A DNA stretch of 57,890 bases from a bacterium (GTDB lineage: Bacteria; Patescibacteriota; Minisyncoccia; Phycocordibacterales; Phycocordibacteraceae): assembly GCA_021784815.1 (NCBI GenBank), contig JAJYHK010000001.1, positions 1 through 57,890 of the forward strand, given 5' to 3'. Below the pieces are notes generated by a model. The model ran no database searches. It saw only the letters and a program-made list of their open reading frames with translations, and was not told where the DNA came from. A program made the position numbers and the translations under genes. Shown piece by piece: positions 47,571-56,019 of this stretch. The stretch's first letter is position 1; each line of letters begins with the position of its first letter.

Positions 47571-48521
47571 CTAGAGGGATTTGACGCCCGCAAAATGCGC
47601 AAAGGTCGCATCGACAAGGGTCATAGCATCGGTGAAGCGCGCGTCTAGTGTCGATCCGAGTATGACCACGGCAACCGGATGCTGCACGCCGATATCGAAA
47701 ACAAGCGCAAGGTTACCGCCCGCAAGGTCAGTGTAGCCGGTCTTGGAAAGAATGAGCCCCGGCACATTTCTTACGATGCGGTCCGTGTTCTTGATGGTGA
47801 ACTGCTGACCCTCAAGATCGGTCCCGACAGCATACGGATGCGTGGTCGCCGAAGCCACTTCCGGTGCAAGCGCCGCGAATGCTCCGGCAAGCACCGCAAC
47901 ATCGCGCGCCGACCCGTACCCTCCCGAAATCATAGTTGTGAGGTCGAGGCCGTTGCCATTGAGCGCATACGTTTGATTGAGGTGCAGAGATGCGGCAACT
48001 GACGCATCCATCGATTGGATGTTTGTTGCTTTCTGGGCCGCGGTCGCTTCGGCTATTGCCGCCGCGCCGTCGTTAAGTGAACCGGTGAGGGTGAGCCGCG
48101 CGAGTGTCGCAAGCGGCAGCACCTGCCCAGGCGTGAACGCGTGCGGTTCCGATAAGCCCATGACGTTTTGCGGGATGGTAATTGGCGTTGTCGGCGAGAA
48201 CTCCTTGAACGCCGCGTACATGGTGAGGAGTTTCGTGAGTGACGCGAGCGGCAGCTGGGCTCGGTCGTTTTTTGCGTAAAGGATCTTGCGAGTCGTGAGG
48301 TCGTAGACCACGGCTGCCTTTGCGGTGATCGGCAGATTCGCAAATGCATCCGGCGTGCTTGACGCAACAAAGGCTACTGGTGCCCTTTGAACAAGCTTTG
48401 GTGAGGTTCTCGGTATGAGAACAAAAAGCCCGAGTACCGCAGCGGCAAGCAGGAATGCGGTGCTCGCTTCTCGCATGAGGCGGTTGTCCTGGGATATTTT
48501 GCGCAGTTCCGAAATTTCCAT
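47571..48521 (-). CDS. D-alanyl-D-alanine carboxypeptidase (S11 family)
   Basis: N-terminal TM/signal, LASLTKLLT (SxxK) and KTGYT motifs. Confidence 0.8.
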   Translation of the reverse strand: MEISELRKISQDNRLMREASTAFLLAAAVLGLFVLIPRTSPKLVQRAPVAFVASSTPDAFANLPITAKAAVVYDLTTRKILYAKNDRAQLPLASLTKLLTMYAAFKEFSPTTPITIPQNVMGLSEPHAFTPGQVLPLATLARLTLTGSLNDGAAAIAEATAAQKATNIQSMDASVAASLHLNQTYALNGNGLDLTTMISGGYGSARDVAVLAGAFAALAPEVASATTHPYAVGTDLEGQQFTIKNTDRIVRNVPGLILSKTGYTDLAGGNLALVFDIGVQHPVAVVILGSTLDARFTDAMTLVDATFAHFAGVKSL

Positions 48522-48531
48522 AAGTTTACCC

Positions 48532-49071
48532 TTACGTTCCTTGAAGCGCCTCGACGAGCGTCTCTGTTTTGGGAACGAGTTCTTCTCGGCGCGGCAATTC
48601 ATCGAGGGTGTGCAGCCCCAGGTAGCCGAGCGCCTCGGTGGTGATCGTGTAGCGCATACGTCGCTTATCGACGGCATCTTCTTTCTTCTCGATGAGACCG
48701 CGCATGAGCAGAGTGCGGACCGAAGCGGCTGAGTTCACGCCGCGCACCCAGTCTATTTCACTTCTCGTCGCACCGTCGCGGTAGGCGATCACTGCAAGCG
48801 TCTCCAGACCCGCCTTCCCCAAGTCGCGGCTGAGCTCGCTTTCGCGCAATGCCTTCACCGCCGCAAATGCCTCAGGCGCGGTTCGTAGCTCCGCCTCCTC
48901 GTCTGAGATAACGAGCGACACACCGCGTCCTACAAGCGCTTCAGAGAGTTCCTTGAGAGCTTCGGCCAGGTCCATGTCAGAGAATGCAAGAAGCGCGGAA
49001 AGGCGCTTCTTGGCAAGCGGACCGCCTGCAGCGAAAAGAATGGCCTCAAGTGCGGCGCTGCGGCTAATCAT
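48532..49071 (-). CDS. scpB: Segregation and condensation protein B
   Basis: LEAILFAAGGPL N-terminus, tandem wHTH pattern. Downstream of scpA. Confidence 0.85.
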   Translation of the reverse strand: MISRSAALEAILFAAGGPLAKKRLSALLAFSDMDLAEALKELSEALVGRGVSLVISDEEAELRTAPEAFAAVKALRESELSRDLGKAGLETLAVIAYRDGATRSEIDWVRGVNSAASVRTLLMRGLIEKKEDAVDKRRMRYTITTEALGYLGLHTLDELPRREELVPKTETLVEALQGT

Positions 49072-49149
49072 TGTCTCGTATGATACCGCTTTGTATAGCG
49101 GAGAGGCAACGATGCGTTTTGGGCATAAAACGGGCCCCTGTTCCTGCGA

Positions 49150-49896
49150 CTACTCGTAGCGCGGAGTGAGGGTCTGCGGGGCGGCATGGGAGATTTTAAT
49201 ATCGCCGTGCGCCTCCCCCTGCTCTGCCGCCACCGCGCCCTGCTTCACGAGTTCGAGAAGTGCAAGGAATGAGACAATGACGTCCGGTTTCTGGCTTGCG
49301 GACCCGGTAAACTCGCGAAAGGAGAGCGTGAGCGCCCGTTGGACTCGGTGCGCGAGGCGGTCCATCATCTCTTCGATCGAGATGGTTGATCGGACATGCG
49401 CTTCCGGCAGATCCTCCGCCTCGGCACGTGCAGCGAGCATTCGTTCGAGCGCCTCTTCGAGGCTGGCAACGGAGAGATCGCGAGAGGGCGCAAAGAACGC
49501 GTCCGGCACCCGCTCTCCCGCCGGGAGCAGGGGCATGAGACCAAAGATGCGCCCAAGTTCGCGCGCTGCGTCGCGGACTTTTCCGTAAGCGGCAAGGCGG
49601 CGCGTAAGGTCGTCGACGTCCTCCTTTTCTTCCTCGGTGAGCGGTAAGTCTGGAATAAGCGATTTCGACTTGATGAGGAGTATGGTCGCCGCAATCTGGA
49701 TGAAGTTCGCGGTCTCCTCCACCGGAAAGGATTCTTGCATGCGGACATGCGCGATGAAGTCGTCGGTGATTTGTGCAAGCGCAAGCTCGTTCACGAGCAG
49801 TTTGCGTGCTTCGATGAGCTCGAGCGCGAGCTCGAACGGACCCCGGTAGCTCTCCGTCTGGATGTGAAAGCCGGTCTTGAGTGCGCTCGGTTCCAT
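49150..49896 (-). CDS. scpA: Segregation and condensation protein A
   Basis: YRGPFELALELIEARKL and ITDDFIAH kleisin N-terminal motifs. FLALLELVK C-terminal motif. Confidence 0.85.
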   Translation of the reverse strand: MEPSALKTGFHIQTESYRGPFELALELIEARKLLVNELALAQITDDFIAHVRMQESFPVEETANFIQIAATILLIKSKSLIPDLPLTEEEKEDVDDLTRRLAAYGKVRDAARELGRIFGLMPLLPAGERVPDAFFAPSRDLSVASLEEALERMLAARAEAEDLPEAHVRSTISIEEMMDRLAHRVQRALTLSFREFTGSASQKPDVIVSFLALLELVKQGAVAAEQGEAHGDIKISHAAPQTLTPRYE

Positions 49897-49915
49897 GCGC
49901 GCAGTATAGCAGGGC

Positions 49916-51300
49916 CTATTTTGCTTTCGCTGACGGCAAATCGAGCTTTATCGAGAGTTCCTTAAGCTGCTGGTCGCTTATGGGTGCAGGCGCACCTGCC
50001 ATAAGATCCTTTCCTTCTCCTGTTTTCGGAAAGGCGATGACCTCACGGATATTTGGCTGATTTTCGAGCAGCATGACAATGCGGTCAATGCCTGGCGCAA
50101 ATCCTCCGTGCGGCGGCGTGCCGTAGGTGAAAGCGTCGAGCATGTGACCAAAGCGTGCCTGCTGCTCTTCTTCGCTGATGTTGAGCAGCTTGAACACCTG
50201 CGCCTGCTCCGCGCGCTTATGGATACGAATCGAACCAGAAGAAAGCTCGTAGCCGTTGAGTACGAGATCGTAGGAGTTTGCGCGGATAGAGAACAGATCC
50301 TTGCCATTGAGGAATTTTTCGCGATCCTCCGGCTTTACTGAGCAGAAGGGGTGGTGCGCGGCTTGGATGGTTCCATCCTCAAGCTGCTCGAACATCGGGA
50401 AATCGACCACCCAGGCAAAAGCGAGCTCATTAGGATCGTTTTTGTTTTTGCGCAGATCGGGCTTGTCGTTCCCGTGCTTTTCCATCGATTCTGCGCAGGT
50501 AAGGCGCGGGAATGGGATCTGCGTTACATGCTTTTCCGGATAGAGCTGCTTTACAAGCTCGATGAACATCGCTTCGGTATAGGAAAGCACATCCTCCTGC
50601 TCGACAAACGACATTTCAAAGTCGAGCTGGGTGAATTCCGGCTGGCGGTCGCCGCGGGTATCCTCGTCGCGCATGCAACGGGCGATTTGGAAGTACCGCT
50701 CAATTTGAACTGCTGGGGCGATTGCGGAAGCACGTAGAACGTGCCAGGCTCAAGCCGGCTCGGCACCACGTATTCGCGGCTGCCTTCGGGCGTGCCCTTC
50801 ATCATAAGCGGCGTCTCGACCTCTACGAAGCCGTGCTCGTGCATATAGTTGCGGAAGAAGGTAATGATCTTGTCGCGCATGCGGATATTTCGTTGCATGC
50901 GAGCGTTGCGCAGATCGAGGTAGCGATATTTGAGCCGAACGCTTTCGTCTACTGGCAAAGTATCGCCGGTGATGTCGTACGGCATCGGTTCAGATTCGTT
51001 GAGGACTTCAATACTCATGATCTCAAGCTCGATGTCCCCGTTTTGCTTCTCGGGTTGGGCGTTCTTTTCGGGGCGCTTGTTCACCTTCCCTGCAATGCGT
51101 ACGACGTATTCGTTGCGGATATCCTTGGCGATCTCCATGGCCGGCGAGCCCGGGAGCACGACGCCCTGGACGTAGCCGGAGGCATCGCGGAAATCAAAAA
51201 AGACGAGCTTGCCCTGGTCGCGGCGGACGTCGACCCAGCCGGAAATACTCACATCCTGCCCTACCCTGTCGCCCAGTTCTCCTATCCATGTTCTCTCCAT
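49916..51300 (-). pseudogene. aspS: Aspartyl-tRNA synthetase interrupted by a frame-breaking deletion at about 50702
   Basis: The N-terminal frame (OB fold, motif 1, ...LPQSPQQFK) and the C-terminal frame (ERYFQIARCMRDEDTRGDRQPEFTQ..., motifs 2 and 3) are offset. Only 2 nt lie between the K and E codons, where canonical AspRS has about 8 residues. Confidence 0.8.
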
Positions 51301-51311
51301 ACGGCTTCAGT

Positions 51312-52268
51312 TTACCGCACGCCGATGGTATTGCGCACCTGCTCCATTTTGGCTTCAGAAACGGCACAGGCTTCTCTTTTTCCGGCTTCAAGCACCTCGT
51401 CAACCACGCTAGGCTGGCTCGCCAGTTCTTCGTATTTGGCGCGCAAGGGACCGAGATACCGCTCGAGATCGGCGTAGAGTAGCTCCTTGAGCTCTTTGTA
51501 GCTGCTCTTGTGCTCTTCGTAGAGCGGCTTGAGCTCTTTTTCGCTCCTCACGAGTTTGTGGATGGCATAGACATTTTTTGGCAGCTCGCCAGATGAATCG
51601 GTCACGATGCTCATGACGCGCTTCTTGAGTTCTTCGCTCGAGCCGAAGAGCGGAATAACGTTGCCGTAGCTCTTGCTCATTTTCTGGCCGTCGGTGCCGG
51701 GGACGACCGCGACTTCGGGCGTGATGTATGCTTCAGGCAGCTTGAACACTTCTTTATTGAAGATGCGGTTGAACTTCTCGGCCGTGTCGCGCGCGAATTC
51801 CACGTGCTGCTTCTGATCCTGCCCCACCGGCACGACTGCCGTGTCGTAGAGGAGGATGTCGGCGGCCATAAGCATCGGGTAGTTGAAGGTACCCACACTG
51901 ATATCCTTGCTTTTTGCTTCGGCATCCTTGAAAGCGTGTGCGCGCATGAGGTAGGGCATCGTCGTGATGCTATCGAAAATCCAGCAGAGCTCGGTGTGTG
52001 CGGACACATCCGACTGGCGGAAAAGCACGACCTCCTTGGGGTCGAGGCCGGCCGCAAGGTACGCCGTGACGAGCTCGCGCGTGCGTCGGTGCATCTCCTC
52101 GGCATTCTGCACCGAGTTAAGGGCGTGATAGTCGGCCACAAAGATGAAAGGCTTGTACTCCCCTCCCTTCGTGAGCTCGACCTGCTGGCGCATGGCGCCA
52201 AAGTAGTTGCCGATATGGAGGTCTCCGGTCGGCTTGATGCCGGAAACAAGAACGGGCTTGTCGGTCAT
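51312..52268 (-). CDS. trpS: Tryptophanyl-tRNA synthetase
   Basis: IKPTGDLHIGNYFGA (HIGH) and QKMSKS motifs. TGGTATCTT ends 6 nt upstream of the ATG. Confidence 0.9.
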   Translation of the reverse strand: MTDKPVLVSGIKPTGDLHIGNYFGAMRQQVELTKGGEYKPFIFVADYHALNSVQNAEEMHRRTRELVTAYLAAGLDPKEVVLFRQSDVSAHTELCWIFDSITTMPYLMRAHAFKDAEAKSKDISVGTFNYPMLMAADILLYDTAVVPVGQDQKQHVEFARDTAEKFNRIFNKEVFKLPEAYITPEVAVVPGTDGQKMSKSYGNVIPLFGSSEELKKRVMSIVTDSSGELPKNVYAIHKLVRSEKELKPLYEEHKSSYKELKELLYADLERYLGPLRAKYEELASQPSVVDEVLEAGKREACAVSEAKMEQVRNTIGVR

Positions 52269-52690
52269 GGGGAAAAGATACCACAATTCTCAGGTTTTTC
52301 GCTTGATTCGTCGGCGTAGACCAGTACGCTCTTCACGCTCGTGAGCGGCTCGAAAGTGAGCTCCAGGCGCTCGTGACGGCCGAATCGCTCCTCACGGACC
52401 AGATGGCCGCTCAAGTGCTCGGCCGTGAGCTCTACCAGGAGAAGATGCGTCGGGCGGCAGACCGACGGGTTGAGATCAAGAACCAGCTTGCTCAGATGGG
52501 CACACAGGGCCACCAACCGGTTGCTTCTTTCGAACGCCTCGCTCCAAAACGGAAATGTGGCGCAGTATCTATTCAGAAGCCCCTATGACATACTCGCCCG
52601 CACTCCTAAAAATGTGGATATTTCAGTAATGTGCGCCCTCTGGAACGAGATCAGAACGGTATTAGTTTAACTGGCGAGGGCTTGCTGGCT

Positions 52691-52711
52691 GTCTGGGACG
52701 ATGCTGGAACC
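52691..52711 (+). repeat. Island direct repeat copy 1: GTCTGGGACGATGCTGGAACC
   Basis: One of three same-orientation copies. 20/21 identical to copy 2 and 19/21 to copy 3. Confidence 0.85.
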
Positions 52712-52757
52712 TTCTTAGCTAGGGTCTGTGTTTCTTACAGTGGGTCCCGAACCCATT

Positions 52758-53603
52758 TTAGTACCGAAACGTAGCAATTGAGGCATTGAATATCGGCAAA
52801 TCAGTAGCCCAGGACTGCTCAAGGGAGGATACAAAAATCGCATATCCAGTTCCATCACTCAGAGCAATGAGTTCTATTCCATGAAATGGATATGCCTGTC
52901 CGTTAACTATGTAAGCGTAGGTAAATTCATACTCATACGCCGGCTTACCATTAAGTTCTGTCGTTCCGGAGTCCAGTATCCGCAGGTTTGATCCGCCCGG
53001 TGAGTGCTCTACGTTGTAGAGAACGCCACGGGAGTAGGTCTCAAGTGTATAGGAACCGGCGGGACCTGCCGAAATGGTCATCGCGCCGACGGTGTCTTGT
53101 GCTGGATCTTCAAAGTCGACATTTGAGCCGTCTGGATAGTGATTTATTGTCCAATCCTTCGGATACTGCGTACTAAATCCAGCTTTCTGGTCGATATACG
53201 GAGTGCCACTGAGACTAGAGGTAGTTGTATCTGAAGTTGAACTACTCACAAAGGGTTGGTCATTGTACGGAATTTGCGAGAGCGTACCCGATAGTGCCGC
53301 GTTTGGCCATTCTTTTATGACTGTTCGGACAACAAGGGAGCGCACGAAAAGGACGGCAAGTATTCCGATAATTAAGAGCGCGATTGATGAAATCCATTTC
53401 CACCTTTTTGAATGCTCACTTCCTTGGATATATTGAATGCCTCCGATTATGAGCACGGCGCCCACGGCTCCAATGAGACCTGCTAGCTGGGCTCCCATAA
53501 CAATTAGGGCAATGTATAGAACAAAAAGTCCGTATTTTTTCTGCCTATATACCTCTCTTATCGGATTCGGTTTCGGCGATGCTGACGGTTTGCTGTAGGA
53601 CAT
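52758..53603 (-). CDS. Membrane protein with a C-terminal PsbP/DcrB-like (DUF1795-like) domain
   Basis: Three hydrophobic helices, a Ser/Thr linker and a beta-rich C-terminus (FSTQYPKDWTI...GKPAYEYEFTY). The fold call is tentative. Confidence 0.5.
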   Translation of the reverse strand: MSYSKPSASPKPNPIREVYRQKKYGLFVLYIALIVMGAQLAGLIGAVGAVLIIGGIQYIQGSEHSKRWKWISSIALLIIGILAVLFVRSLVVRTVIKEWPNAALSGTLSQIPYNDQPFVSSSTSDTTTSSLSGTPYIDQKAGFSTQYPKDWTINHYPDGSNVDFEDPAQDTVGAMTISAGPAGSYTLETYSRGVLYNVEHSPGGSNLRILDSGTTELNGKPAYEYEFTYAYIVNGQAYPFHGIELIALSDGTGYAIFVSSLEQSWATDLPIFNASIATFRY

Positions 53604-53639
53604 AGGTAAGTTACTTATAAGGCTATCATAGCTTCCGCT

Positions 53640-53660
53640 GTCTGGGACGATGTTGGAACC
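53640..53660 (+). repeat. Island direct repeat copy 2: GTCTGGGACGATGTTGGAACC
   Basis: Lies between the divergent genes 52758..53603(-) and 53707..54030(+). Confidence 0.85.
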
Positions 53661-53706
53661 TTGATTCGGTTAGCAGCCCTATGTTGGGCGGTATACGCTT
53701 AGGTCT

Positions 53707-54030
53707 ATGAAGCCGCCCATTACCCCCTATCTTCTAGTCCCGTTCCTAATCCTTTGTGTCTGTTTATTTGATTTCAATAATTGGGGGATTCCTTTTGCAG
53801 CGCTTTCCATATTAAGTTTTCTTATAGAAATCAAGATTCGGTACGGCTCTTTATCTAGAGAGAGCATTGGGAAATTTTTTTACACCCCGATCAAGAAGTA
53901 CGACCTCATGGGCAATGAAATTATTGATACCAGCCCGAAGTTCTCCATGGCTTCTGGGGTGCTGATAATAGTTTTTGGCGGATTTGCCGTTATGGCACTT
54001 ATGGTTCTCTACTTTGCGTTTGTTAAATAG
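53707..54030 (+). CDS. Small integral membrane protein (107 aa)
   Basis: Three hydrophobic segments. Low GC. Confidence 0.45.
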   Translation: MKPPITPYLLVPFLILCVCLFDFNNWGIPFAALSILSFLIEIKIRYGSLSRESIGKFFYTPIKKYDLMGNEIIDTSPKFSMASGVLIIVFGGFAVMALMVLYFAFVK

Positions 54031-54057
54031 CGGCTGTCTGCTCACAGTTGAGTCTCG

Positions 54058-54345
54058 TCAGATGACTCTTGTCTCAAACATTAGAGCGACAATGACCATC
54101 CCCAGCAGAAAAATTCCTGCGATCACGTTCCCAATTATTGTGAGGCGTACGGCAATGCTTTCGCGCCAGTTAGTTTTGTCTCCATACCAACCGCTATATT
54201 GCTTAGCAAGCCACGGCCACCATCTCTGAATTAAGGGCATGCCAGTAGCCCGGTATTGAAGATAGGCAATTTCTTTTCTGTACAAAATAAGGCACGTCCC
54301 TAGGATGGCAAGGAGGCCAAGAACACAAATATCTTGCAAAGGCAT
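54058..54345 (-). CDS. Small integral membrane protein (95 aa)
   Basis: Two hydrophobic segments. CATAAT lies 7 nt upstream of the ATG. Confidence 0.45.
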   Translation of the reverse strand: MPLQDICVLGLLAILGTCLILYRKEIAYLQYRATGMPLIQRWWPWLAKQYSGWYGDKTNWRESIAVRLTIIGNVIAGIFLLGMVIVALMFETRVI

Positions 54346-54380
54346 TATCGTGATTATGACACGAAAACGATTGGCTGGCC

Positions 54381-54401
54381 GTCTGGGACGCTGTTGGAAC
54401 C
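54381..54401 (+). repeat. Island direct repeat copy 3: GTCTGGGACGCTGTTGGAACC
   Basis: Lies between the HEPN-like gene stop (54424) and the 95-aa gene start (54345). Confidence 0.85.
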
Positions 54402-54423
54402 ATAATCGGAGATGGCACGACTA

Positions 54424-55434
54424 TTACTCCTCGATTTCCTTAACGTCTTTTCTTGGCCCGTATTCCCTTGGGAACACGTGCTTTCGTTTCGGCACTACTG
54501 CGATATCGAGACTTGAATCAATTTTGAGATGCTCTTGTGAATATGCGACCTTTCTTGAAAGGCTGTCTGTTGCAATATCTTTTGCTTTAATCATACCAAC
54601 GCCCTTCTTCACTTGTCGGTGTTCCAATTTAACGATCCTTTCGAGAGTAGATGATCGAAGTCGCTCAAATCGTTCTAGATATTTTGGCAGGTCTTTGTAT
54701 TGAAGGTCTGAAATGAAGTACCGATGTACAGCTTTATTCCTGAATTCGTAGAGGGTGGATAGCTCTGCAAATTGCTTTTTTGATATAAATTTCTCATCAA
54801 GAGCTTTTTGATGAATTGCGCGCTCGCTTATGTATGTTTTTCCACTCTGGAATACCATGCTCTTTTCGTAATTTGGACTCTTATCGCGCAGTTGCTTGGA
54901 GAGTATGATCCCATATCTTAAATGCGCGTCTATGGTGGACGCGTAAAGAACCAGGCCTTCTAGTAAGCTGCCGTCTTCTCTCGCTTTTAATAGCAAGACA
55001 TTCGTGGCAAGGAAAGTGCGGAGAAAATTGCGAAGAGGATCTTGATGAAGTTCCTCCCTCAAATCTCGTTCCCTGATCTTTGGATATTTAGTAGAGGCCT
55101 TTTCCAAAGCATCCTTAAATTCTCGCGCCTCTGTTTTGAGAGCTTCTGTGATTTCGCCAGTGCCTGCAATAGAGGTCCCACCCTTAAAGTCATACACGCA
55201 CAATATCCCGTGGTCTGTTTCAAAAAATCTATGCCAAGTAACCTTATCATCTACCCATTTAAAGTCTTTAAACAGGTCGTCGTACGGACCGAAGACGACT
55301 TCCAGTATTTCAAAAATTAGCGCCGGTTTCACTGAGACTTTCTCAACTAACGAACCGCCTGATGGAGGGAGTTCCTTCACGACTTTGTAGTGCTTTGGGA
55401 ATGCACGTGCGAATCGTTTTGTGTGTCCGTACAT
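54424..55434 (-). CDS. HEPN-like protein (RNxxxH motif), candidate abortive-infection/toxin RNase
   Basis: ELSTLYEFRNKAVHRYF carries an R-N-x3-H (Rx4H) motif at the start of a predicted helix. It is preceded by helical segments (LLEGLVLYASTIDAHLRYGIIL). The N-terminal 130 aa or so are unassigned. Confidence 0.5.
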   Translation of the reverse strand: MYGHTKRFARAFPKHYKVVKELPPSGGSLVEKVSVKPALIFEILEVVFGPYDDLFKDFKWVDDKVTWHRFFETDHGILCVYDFKGGTSIAGTGEITEALKTEAREFKDALEKASTKYPKIRERDLREELHQDPLRNFLRTFLATNVLLLKAREDGSLLEGLVLYASTIDAHLRYGIILSKQLRDKSPNYEKSMVFQSGKTYISERAIHQKALDEKFISKKQFAELSTLYEFRNKAVHRYFISDLQYKDLPKYLERFERLRSSTLERIVKLEHRQVKKGVGMIKAKDIATDSLSRKVAYSQEHLKIDSSLDIAVVPKRKHVFPREYGPRKDVKEIEE

Positions 55435-55436
55435 TT

Positions 55437-55925
55437 TTAGTCAGGATCGGCATTTATGGCGAACCGCAGATATTTTCTAAAAAGTGCTTCGACGCTTTCG
55501 TCTTGATTAGCTAGCCATTCCTCGAGCGTCTCCATCTCTTTGGCAAGTCTTTCTCGCTCCTCGTCATTCGAAGGTCCTTTTTCAAGTTTATTGTGAATCA
55601 ATCTTAGGCGCAGTAAATTGTCTATAATTTTTTGTCTATAAGCGACAACTTCTTTCCCAAACAGGAATTCTGTATCGAGAGTATCAAATGTAAACTTAGA
55701 GAACTTTGTTAGATCAACTTTTGCCGTAATTGAAAAATCGACAAGTAAAGTCCTAAATGCATCGAATACTTTATAACGGCGATCAAATAAGCTGAGACGG
55801 AGTTGGTCTTTGTTTAGATAGTAGCCCGACCGGTTGATTTTGTAGTTTTGCCATGCGACATATGCGACCGAGGCCGCTATTCCTATTTGCGCGATAGCCG
55901 ATACAATATCAACCCATATTTTCAT
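55437..55925 (-). CDS. Hypothetical protein with an N-terminal TM helix (162 aa), coupled to the HEPN-like gene
   Basis: Its stop lies 2 nt before the downstream ATG. TATAAT lies 9 nt upstream of its own ATG. Confidence 0.5.
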   Translation of the reverse strand: MKIWVDIVSAIAQIGIAASVAYVAWQNYKINRSGYYLNKDQLRLSLFDRRYKVFDAFRTLLVDFSITAKVDLTKFSKFTFDTLDTEFLFGKEVVAYRQKIIDNLLRLRLIHNKLEKGPSNDEERERLAKEMETLEEWLANQDESVEALFRKYLRFAINADPD

Positions 55926-56019
55926 AACGTATAAATTATACGCCTAACCGGCTAGATTGGTTTTAGTGGGGCGAGGGCGTTATCATGTAATAGTTCGGAC
56001 ATATGAATAAAAGACCTAA

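Noticed and set aside
52265-52588. Mutually antisense ORFs 52265..52516(-) and 52373..52588(+) between trpS and the island.
   Set aside because: Both have similar GC3. The minus ORF is L/H/S/R-rich and contains the trpS leaderless promoter. The plus ORF has only a GTG start and no promoter-like hexamer, although its frame is open from 52305. Neither could be supported. It may be a truncated coiled-coil gene remnant at the island border.
52688-52760. The repeat core and its flanks as a tRNA or tmRNA 3' fragment, that is, a classical att site.
   Set aside because: No T-arm (GGTTCGAATCC-like) or acceptor-stem pairing could be drawn. The sequence does not match the 3' ends of the two tRNAs in the window.
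52691-54401. The three island repeats as a CRISPR array or as integron attC sites.
   Set aside because: Spacings of 741-949 bp with full ORFs are incompatible with CRISPR. The copies lack the imperfect-palindrome structure and the paired RYYYAAC/GTTRRRY cores of attC (only a GTTGGAA-like half is present). No intI-type integrase is visible in the window.
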